NCBI RefSeq assembly: GCF_964355755.1 | Contig: NC_092673.1 | Location: 32,175,648-32,239,647, forward strand | Source of the DNA: Antedon mediterranea | Lineage: Eukaryota; Animalia; Echinodermata | Direction of reading: 5' to 3' | DNA length: 64,000 bases | Shown: positions 11,901-22,333 of the stretch, piece by piece | How the letters are laid out: the number at the start of each line of letters is the position of its first letter | Numbering within the stretch: the stretch's first letter is position 1 | The notes under the pieces: generated by a model | Told to the model about the DNA's origin: nothing | The model's database searches: none | What the model saw: only the letters and a program-made list of their open reading frames with translations | Position numbers and translations under genes: made by a program

Positions 11901-14005
11901 TTTTTGTTTTTAGTTATCGTCTTCTTATTACACGACTTGTCACCAGAATACAAGCTTTTACTCTGCTCATATTTTTTTTTATCAATTTGCTTTAATACTC
12001 TGATATGTTCATCTTGCACTTGAATATGTTTCTCAGTTAACAGTTCCTCATCTGAGTTACTATCCGCATTAAGTATGACTTGTACTTCTTCTACATGATT
12101 ATAATTTATATTAGGTACAGTTTGTTTCGATACGTCAGTATTTTCCTCTTGTACCTTGTAATTTTCTTCTAGTAATAGTTCCTTATCTGAATTACTATCT
12201 GCATCCGCAAGTACGTTTAGATCTATTTGTTCCACAGAATGATAATTTACATTAGCTACAGCTTCAACTGCATCAAAATGGTTACCCCCAGTGTACAAAA
12301 TATAAATTCCTCTTTCAGTTGTTACTTTATTACAAAATCCAGGTTTTCTAGCCGAGAATATTTGCCAATATTTCCCCTGATCATTATATGTATAGATATC
12401 AAAGTCCAGCATATTTGCCATTGCACTAATTTCTATGTCACAAGCCCACGTTCCAGAATTCATTACTCTCTGTTTAAAAACGTATTCCCGGACACTTCCG
12501 TATCCTTCTTGTAACGTACTCTTAAATGTGTCATTAGTTTGAAGTAAATGATTCACGATTGCTTGCCTCAACACTAAATGATTTATTTGGGTTCCACTAA
12601 TTAAATATGCTACACATCTGTAAAAGCAATTACCATCACCCATTATTTTTGTTATGTGTGTAGGTTTCCCAATATACATGTTTTTTGTTTCATTTTCTAT
12701 TAAGTTAGGACTGCAAGAAACAACACTGTTTTCTATTTTAAATTGTTCACATAATTTTATTTTGTCTTTTAAATGAACTGGTAAAAATCTAAAATATTTA
12801 TCATTTCTTTCACTTAATCTATCAACGGAAACAATTTCGATATCATTTTCAAATTTATGTGTTTTTTTTCCATTATTTAAAACCTCATCACAAATTTCTT
12901 TTTCAATTTCTGGTTTAACCCCTAACGTTTCATTGTTAGACAGATAATTTAAATCTGCAACACAACATTCATTAACATCAATAATATTGTCACTATCAAT
13001 CATAATACAAGCACTATATTGCGTATTTAATGTACTGCTATAATCACATGAAGAGGGTTGCACTCCTTGATTTTGATTTGTTAAATTGTCTTGTTTGTTA
13101 CAAAAAGAATTTGTTTCATGGGCAATGGATGCTATTTTAATATTTAATCCTGTTATTTCAAACTGAGTAGTATGCAACTGACAACCCATAGATTTTGCTA
13201 ACTGTATACAATGTTTTTCAATACCTCGCAATGAAGAAATGTACAATAGCACACTACGTCCATTTGGTATTAAGTATCCATCATAGTTTCTGGAATGCGA
13301 ATCAAATACAAAATAACCACTACTGTTTTTGATGATAGCAAATGTACATCCATGAAAATTCATAAAACATGCTCCACTATTGCACAACGCTTTTTGCAAA
13401 GCTTGACCTAAATTCACACACAATGAAAACTCTTCATGATTACCTTCTAGAATGCCGTATGTTGACTCACTATAATTTAATCGAAATGTGTCATCTAAAA
13501 CGTTCAGTTCCTTTGGTAATTCAGTTACTAATAGAAGTTCTTCATTCATTGTTGAATCTTTTTGAATATAATAATATAACTCATTCCCAATTGTCAAAAT
13601 CTCATCAAGATTACAAGGCTTGAGTTCAAATACATTCTTTTTTTGCAAATAAAGCATTGAAATAAGAGCATTTGCAACACATTGTTTACCAGCAGAATTA
13701 CCAAACCGAAAATCACCTTGATTAAAATTTCCCTGTGCAATATGTGTTATTATGGTACAAGAATCATCATTTAAATCAGTGGTACATATTACCTTGCCTG
13801 TGTTTTCATCTTTGTTTACCTTGATTCTTTCGTTTATGGCTATATTATTACTTACTCTATCACTTGTAATGGATGTCTTACTAAATTTTTCATTTTCTGC
13901 TGCTACTTTCTTTTCTTCAATTTCGTCACATTTGTTATTCTCAATTTTTCCAACACATCCTTTTTTATTTTTCATAAATCGCCCAGTCTTTTTTGATCTT
14001 TTCAT
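5978..14005 (-). CDS. Helitron/Helentron Rep-helicase-endonuclease polyprotein with N-terminal herpes-tegument-like (peptidase C76) and OTU cysteine protease domains
   Basis: Single 2675-aa ORF: [23 protein letters not shown] (C76-like); [13 protein letters not shown]..HF (OTU); CxxC pairs; [16 protein letters not shown] (HUH) and YVVSYMSK (catalytic Tyr motif); [45 protein letters not shown] (PIF1); HNVQGL..ETWL..GDFN..LDLV..YH (EEP/AP endonuclease). Confidence 0.95.
   Translation of the reverse strand: [2675 protein letters not shown]
11125..11560 (-). repeat. 66-bp coding tandem repeat (22-aa unit [22 protein letters not shown], ~6-7 copies) inside Rep-helicase
   Basis: Visible in both DNA and translation. 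Confidence 0.9.
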
Positions 14006-14308
14006 TTTAATTTTAACAAAATCAACAAAAGTTATTTATTATTTTTTCTAAGCACTACAAATTTCCAAGCTCTTTAAACTAAATTATTGTTTATGATTCA
14101 AAATTGTTTTACTATTTTCTGTAATAATGTAATTAAAATGATTTTATTTTAACAATGATATCTATTTCACTTTGAAATTGTAATTTATTTTAGTAAATTT
14201 CTTGGATTTATATGTTTTATATGTACAGTATCTTATCTTAATAAATGTGTACAATCTTTATGTACCGATATAAATATAAATATAAAATATATATATTGAT
14301 AAATGTTA

Positions 14309-14486
14309 ATCTGCTATCTATCACAACTCTTCTTGACTCACCACCTAGCTTAAAAATGCTAGAGGCTATTGTCCTGAGATGCCAATAGACAGACTTTATC
14401 TGCTATCTATCACAACTCTTCTTGACTCACCACCTAGCTTAAAAATGCTAGAGGCTATTGTCTTGAGATGCCAATAGACAGACTTT
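14309..14486. repeat. 89-bp tandem duplication upstream of the Rep-helicase ORF
   Basis: ATCTGCTATCTATCACAAC..CAGACTTT at 14309-14397 and 14398-14486, one mismatch. Confidence 0.9.
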
Positions 14487-15832
14487 AATGAAATTGAGAT
14501 CCAACTGAAAAATCCTAGGATCTGAAAAAAAATAAAAAAACATTTTACACTATACAGAAATACAGAAGAAACACCAAATAAACTCATACATATTTTACAT
14601 TTCAGCTTTCTAAGTTCAACAGTCAACATTATAATGATTTTTAAATAATCAGATTTACAAACAAAATAACTGTTGCCTGAGTACCTCAAGAATGCACAAC
14701 TGCAGACTAACTGCTGTTTTTTCCAAGTCCGTAGTGAACAAACAATAGTGTTACAGAGCACACCAGTGGTTACCACTTCCTTCCTTTACAATAGTACCGT
14801 AACTTGTATGTCCTTCAATAAGCTACTTTCAAGTACAGAACTAAATGAAAGTTATAAAATACTGGATAGAGAAAATAAACATAAAAACATATTATTCAAT
14901 GTTATCATTAGATTACATAGAAATGAATAACATTTACTGTACAGGTATGTCAAACAACTTTGAAAAACACACACTACATAAAAATATAATACTAAGTAAT
15001 AGTATAACAATTAGTTTCAAGGGTTCTGATCAGTATAAACAAAATTAATTAATTAATTAAGCATTGGGTGATTGCCATGGTAATTGACAGTCAATAAAAT
15101 TAGAAAGTAGCAGTACTAGTAGTAGCCTAGGCCTACATTTTGGTCATGGTGTATGAACGATCACTTTGGTCACCGTTTACAGACGCCCAGGGCCGCCAGT
15201 AGGCTAAACTACATTCATATTTTTTGTGGTACAATACAAAAAACGAATAAAATCATTAAAAGACAATACAAATCTACATCTATTAATAATAATAATAATT
15301 AAAAAATAACAACAATAATAATATAGACTAGCCTAGGCCTACTAACTTACAAGCCAACAAGCTGCATTTTCTATTCTACTATACCATGGTGGAGGTATGA
15401 AATATTGTCTCCATTACGAAACGACTACTAGCCTACTGGATAGTACTAGCCTAGGCATAGGCTAGTAATATGACTATTAGGCCTGGCCTACTACTAGGCC
15501 TAGTAACTAGCTAGCCTATGCCTAGCTAGCTAGGCCTGGTACACAGGCGCGGCCTATATAGCCCTAGGCCTAGTCTAGGCCTAGCTAGGGCTAGCCTAGG
15601 CTAGGCCTAGAGCCTAGAAGCCTAGGCCTAGGGCCTAGTTCAAAATTACATCACTAAAATATCAAAAAGGTTATTCAAACCTGTATATTCTGCAAAATTT
15701 AATATACACCACTTTCTAAGATGTATCAATTCAAATCCAGTTGATAGAAATACAATTAATTTTGTGAGCGCACAAATATAGGCTGTTACTAATAGTAATA
15801 CTAGTAGTACTGTAGTATAATATAGGTACGTA

Positions 15833-17430
15833 CAGCGTTGCCAGCAATAAAATTTAAATTATGCCGTATCCTGTCTCAAATAATGCCAGATTGGAAAAAA
15901 TAATGCCAGATCCCCAAAATGTGGCCCTAAACAGCGCCACCAACGGTTGTAAGTCTAATAAACGTTTGAAAACCCCAACTGACACAAAATAGGGCCTAAA
16001 ATTGTATCCCTATGTCGTTCAAAATTTATATTTTTAGTTTTGTGAGTAATAACTAATAATTCTAAAAATATCTGGGGTGCGAAAATGGTAATTGCAAATG
16101 ACACCAACACGAAAACACGCCCCCCCACAAAAAAAAAACCTGTTACACATATGGAAATTTCGAGCTGAGATATGAGAGCTGCTCGATCTTTGCACTTAAT
16201 TTAAAATATGAAAGGATCTTAGCCCACCATAATTAGAAAATGGCAATTATATATTAAAGTGTCTCCCGGACCTCAGCCCCACCATGGTTGATAAGAAAAT
16301 TTGGAAAATGCTGATGGCCGGAAGTGCTACTTAATTTAAAATATGAAATAAAAATATATTTATTAGTGTCTCCAGAAAATTAGCCCACCATAGTTCGAAA
16401 ATGGCTATTATAATTGAAAATAGGAAATCAAAATATATATTAAGTGTCTCCAGGACCTCAGCCCCACCATAGTTGGGGCTGAGGTACGAAAAGTTGGAAA
16501 AATAGGAGCTGCTCGATGGCCGGAAATGGCACTTATTTCAAATATGAAATAAAAATATATTTATTAGTACCTCCAGGATCTAGCCCACCATAGTTCGAAA
16601 ATGGCAATTATAATTTAAAATAGGAAATAAAAATATATAAGTGTCTTTAGGACCTCAGCCCCACCAAAATTGGAAAAAATAGAGATGCTCGATGGGCGAA
16701 AATGGCATTTAATTTGAATTAAAAATTACCTCGCCCACCATGGTCACTACTGGGGCTGAGAGGTGAAGAACATTTGGGAAAATAGGGTTGCTACGACGAT
16801 GCAAATGGAACATAATTTGAAATATGGAAAACAAATTCTTTAGAAGAAATTCTTTTTAAAATTAGAGCTTCTAAGTTAGTTACCAGGAATTTCCATTTTA
16901 AGGGTTGTGGGGTAGGGGTGCGGCCGCTTTATAATTATGAACTGAAAAAAACAAAACCCCTTTCATAATGTTTTCGTTCAATTGTCTCTACACTCGTCGG
17001 GATCCAATAACCTGCATGAACTCTGAAATAGAGCAACATAATTGGCCAATAGCTAGCCTCTTCGGATTTGTTGTAGGCCTACTGCCTATAATATCGCACA
17101 AACGGTAGTTTTCGAGCAGCCTTCCTATCCGAAGAGTCGATTAAGTCCCAAACGAAAGGATGGAAGAACTATTGTACGGAAAAACCCCAACAGATCTGTT
17201 TTGTACGATATGATATTGTATAAGGTGATAATATGTATTAAATTGCAAGATTTATAAACAAAATATTTTATTTTTGTTCTGTGGTATATTATTTTTTTGG
17301 TTGTTCAAAAAACACAAAATTATGCCAGATTATGCTAAAAACGGCTAAATAATGCCGCGGCATTATGCCAGATGCCGTGGGCCTCCAAATAATGCCAAAA
17401 AGCATAATAATGCCAGAAATGGCAACTATG
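15833..17430. mobile_element. Non-autonomous hAT-like DNA transposon (1.6 kb)
   Basis: Perfect 8-bp TSD GGTACGTA (15825-15832, 17431-17438); imperfect TIRs CAGCGTTGCCA / TGGCAACTATG; subterminal (T/A)ATGCCAGA repeats at both ends; degenerate internal repeats ~16180-16760. Confidence 0.8.
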
Positions 17431-17682
17431 GGTACGTACCGAACGTATAACAACTATATTATTACAAGATGGATAATTATTTTCAAACATAAAGAGGGCG
17501 ACATACAGTATCTTTTTTTGTTCATACGATCGCGACCCTCTTTCCGTTCCCAGACGAGGTACGATTTTTTCTGAAATCCTCGGAAAACGCTAGGTTGTTT
17601 TTTACGCTTGGGTGGCATGGTCATGACTGTCTCTGCAAGATGGCTTCGATTCGTAGCACGAAAATCGTCTATTGTTACTGCA

Positions 17683-19268
17683 TCTTTGATTGTGATATCA
17701 GCTAGCTATTGTATTTGCGTTAGCAAGATCATATCATGTGTTATAAATAATTAAAGATTCTGAGAAAATCAATCAATCAATATATCTTGTAAAAATCAAT
17801 TATCTTTATTTAAATCAATGCATATAACCTATAATTCGTCATAGTGACGAATTAAATCTAGTTTATTTATTCTTTCCTTAGCACTATTTTGTCCGTGCAT
17901 TATCTTGGCATCAGTTTAATCTAGCTAAGTCAAGTTTTCAGAGTATATTCCTCATGGCCAGGAATCGATGTGGTTATATTTTCACGATGCGTAATCAAAA
18001 ATTACGCGGTCTACGCGTGATTTTACGAAATCACGTTTGTAATCATCTTCACAAGCATGAATCACAATTAAACAAAATTTGGTACTCATAAATTTCAGGT
18101 CATATTTCATCATATATGGCAATAAAATTACGTGTGTAGCGCATATAACGCTTGCGTACGCGCGCTTAAAATGTTCAAAATTGTCAAAATTTATTTTCGA
18201 TGAAATTAGAGTACGTTTCAGGCAATTTTAAGCGTTTAAAAAATTGCCATGAGTGCGCAGATTTTTGCACGCGCACTGCGCGTTAAACGTTAATGCGCAC
18301 TCTTTTTGCCCGATTTCTGTTTTACAATCTTTCTTTAATAATATCATCATATTTGATTCAGGTTTCAACTCGAAATTGCGTTATACGAGCACGTCAAAAG
18401 TGAATGGCTACGCACGTATAAGTTAACAAAATGGTGAAAATATGCTAAATTTTAAAATTAATATATATCGTCAGAATGCAGGGGAACACCTATTTTTTAT
18501 TTCATTTTCTTGAAGTGTATGTATCATATGCATGATTTATTATCAAATAAAGAGAACAAAAGTTGATTAAGTCATCATTAATTGCATATTACATTTAAAA
18601 AAAATAATTTCGACAATCAAACAAATTATGACATTTTCTTAGGCCAAAATAACAAACTTAACATTAACTTTCTTCCTTCAAAAATTCATATATTAAAGTT
18701 AAAATTATGTAGTTTGACAGTGCATCATTTGTATACATTTTAAAGATGTCATCATAGTAAAAAATTATAATTCATTTCGGTATGTAATAATCTATTTGCA
18801 TCAAAGTGGTTACTGCATAGTAAATACACGGAGGAATTTTTCTACAACTTTTAGTCAGTTGTGTACGGCTCGGTGGTCTGTGCTCGTGTCTATGGCATTC
18901 AAGGTACCGAGATCGAGTTTCACCTTGGGAAACGAAATAAGATTTTTTTTTTATTATCCGTATTGTTTGTTCAAATTTATTTCTTAGTGTATAGATTATA
19001 TTATAATTTATAATGAAATCTAGATAAAAATTAACTTATGTCTTTATTATTATGTAACAACAAATGTGGTTTATGACATTATACGCATATGGATCTTTGA
19101 TCGGATTGTGATACCGGCTATGGTGTTCGCGTTAGCAAGGTCCTATCATATATTATAAATAATTAAAGATTCTGAGAAAATCAATCAATCAATATATCTT
19201 TTAAAAATCAATTATCTTTATTTAAATCAATGCATATAACCTATAATTCAGTGACGAATTAAATCTAG
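17683..19268 (+). mobile_element. Non-autonomous Helitron-type element(s), head-to-tail, with two hairpin+CTAG 3' ends
   Basis: TAATTCGTCA-TAG-TGACGAATTA then AAT-CTAG|T at 17832-17861; the same ~180-bp terminus is repeated, ending CTAG at 19268; 18617-19149 is homologous to the 3' flank of the Rep-helicase gene (5392-5885, inverted). Confidence 0.7.
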
Positions 19269-20049
19269 TTATTATTATTTCTCAATATTTGCATATAATG
19301 CAACTAAAATGTATGTACAGACTTTGTTTTGGCCTCTGTAGAAGCCATTGCTTCTAGTTTAATTAATATTGGGCAAAATATTTGGTTTTCTGTGGCAACC
19401 TATTGCATATGAGGAGGTTGCATGGTAACATGCCTTTTTTTTTGTGTGAAAAGGAAAGAAGACAGGATTTAAGAAGTTAGTTGGAGATTATAAGAGATAA
19501 ATAGAGAGAGATTTTAGAAAGTTTTTGTATAAATTACTGAACCATAAGCCAGGGAAAGTTTACAGAATTCGGTAAGCTCAATTCTCTTATCGAATATAGT
19601 CATTTTGTTGTGTTATTTGAGATGTTATTTATGGCTGGTACTTTCGGTAGGCTAGGCCTAGATAACTTTGTTTTAACTTTCAGGGACCATCTCATAAGTG
19701 AGATACCTGTTGCTTCTATGAAAGCATAACAGTTTATATGCTTGTTTTTTGGTTAAATTGTTGTTTGAATAGCTAATATTTATGCTCATATTATAATAGT
19801 AATAGTAATACTGGACAACAATTATGCATTATTATAGAAGACTGTATTAATTGCAGTTGTTGCTGATGGATCAATGTTAATATTATCATTCTGTCAATTG
19901 TTTAAATAGGTCATGTTAAACCAGTTTAAATTAGAACCAAGAACATTATAATTAATAGTTAACCATACTATTATGTCATTTTTTATGTTTATAGTTAATC
20001 AACTCTATCACGGTATTGGTAAATAAAGACTTAAAGGAAGCATATAACC

Positions 20050-22168
20050 GTGTGATATTTCGATTCTCGACTCATATATTTCTCTGGACCCTCGACAGTA
20101 ATAGCCTCAAATGACTCGGATACAGGTTTTTTTATAGCCAGTATAAGTCAAGCACCTCGAAAGTATGCAAATTAGTAGTACAAGCTATATGAAATATGCA
20201 AATTACAGTGAATTGCCTTATGTATCTCGAAAACGCTAATGACCGAGAGAGAGAGATATGGCAACTTTCTTGTACTACTGATTTGCATACTTTCAAGCGA
20301 AGTAACAGAGGTGTGATTTTGAGAATTACTAAACAGTTCTATGCTGGCTATAGAAAACCTGTATCTGGGTCATTATTGAAAAAAAAATTTATCGAAAGTA
20401 TGACATTTGACCCTCGAACCTATTTCTCAATATTTGCATATAATGCAACTAAAATGTATGTACATACTTTGTTTTGGCCTCAAATGACTTGGATACAGGT
20501 TTTATATAGCCAGTATAGGATCGTTTAGTAATTCCAAAAGTCAAGCAACTCGAAAGTATGCAAATTATTAGTACAAGTTATATGAAATATGCAAATTACA
20601 GCCTTATGTATCTCGAAAAACGCTAATGACCGATTAGATATGGCAACTTTCACCTCTTGTACTACTAATTTTCATATTTTCTAGGGAAGTAACAAAGGTG
20701 TGATTTTGAGAATTACTACAGTTCTATGCTGGCTATAGAAAACCTGTATCTGAGTCATTTGAGGCCAAAACAGTCTGTACAGATATTTTAGTTGAATTAT
20801 ATGAAAATATTGAGAAATAGGGTCAAGGGTCAAATGTCATAATTCAATCAAGACAATTTTTGCATAAAATGTTTCATTACAGCGAATATAAATATGTACA
20901 TTCTGAATCAACTCTGAATTCAAATCAACTCTCTAGCATTAATGGTTTTCGAGATATGGGAAGACTGTAATTTCACCCCTAATTTGCATATTTCATGTAA
21001 CTTGTACTAATAATTTGCATACTTTCAAGGTATGTGAAAAAGATGTGATTTTGGGAATTACAAAGAGGTCCTATGCTGACAATAGGAAAACTGTATCCGA
21101 GTCATTTGAGTCCAAAAAAATTATCTACAGACATTTTAGTCGCATTATGTATGCAAACATTGATAAATAGGGTCAAGGGTCAATTGTTGTATTTCCAGTC
21201 ATTTTTTCGTAAAATGTTTCATTAGAGCAAATATAAATATGTACATTCTGAACAAGTTTTTGAAAAAATCAACTCTCTACCTTAGCGGTTTTCGATACAT
21301 ATAGGACTCCGAACCTGTAATTTCACCCCTAATTTGCATATTTCATGTAACTTGTACTAATAATTTGCATACTTTGAAGGTGAGTGATACAGGTGTGATT
21401 TTGAGATTTACTAAACATTCCTATGTTGGCTATTAGAAACCTGTATCCGAGTCATTTGACGGCAATACAAAGTCTCTACAGACATTTTAGTTTTCATTAT
21501 ATATGCAATATTGAGAAATGGGGTCGAGGGTCAAATGTTATAGTTCCGGGCATTTTTTTGTAAAATGTCTCATTACAGCAAATATAAATATATACATTTT
21601 AAATATTTTAGTGAAAAAATCAACACTTTAGCATTAGCGGTTTTCGAGATATGGCAACGGTGTAATTTCACTCCCTAATTTGCATATTTAATATTACTTG
21701 TACTACTAATTTGCATACTTTCGAGGTGCGTGACGAAGTTGTGATTTTAGGAATTATAATACAGTTCTATGGTTGGTATTGAAAAACAATATCCAAGTCA
21801 TTGAGTCCAAAATAAAGTCTCTACAGACATTTTAATCACATATTTATGTAAATATTGAGAAATGGGGTCAAGGGTCAAAATTTGGTACTTCCGGACATTT
21901 TTATGTAAAATGTCTCATTAGCGCAAATATAAATATATATATTCTGAACCAGACTGTGCAAAAATGAACTCTCTACGATTAGTAGTTTTTAAGATATGGT
22001 AACCCTGTAATTTCACCCTAATTTGCATATTTAAGCTAATTTGCATACCTTCGGGATGAGTGTCAGAGGTGTGATGCTCAAAAAATAATTACCTTATCAT
22101 ATGTAACCATTTAAAAAAAAAAAATCTCTGTTTGCAATTTGTTTCACTCAAAATGCTAGATTGACTAG
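20050..22168. repeat. Complex repeat of degenerate ~350-bp units in tandem and inverted orientation
   Basis: TGTGATTTTG..ACCTGTATCCGAGTCATTTG..TAATTTGCATA recurs at ~20698, 21044, 21393, 21740, 22070; reverse-complement copies at ~20100-20640 and a fragment at ~19278; ends in CTAG. Confidence 0.7.
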
Positions 22169-22333
22169 CCTACTACGGTACCAAAGATAATACTTTCGGT
22201 TTTGCCAACATGTAAAGATAATTTGTTTTCAGTTAACCAGTCCTGGCACTTAGCTAGGACAGTACTTAATTTATGAGCGATTTTGGTGGCATCGTGATGA
22301 GAATACAGAATCGTAGAATAATCAGCATAAAGA

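Noticed and set aside
7141-14051. Many short plus-strand ORFs
   Set aside because: Antisense shadows of the Rep-helicase ORF with no recognisable motifs.
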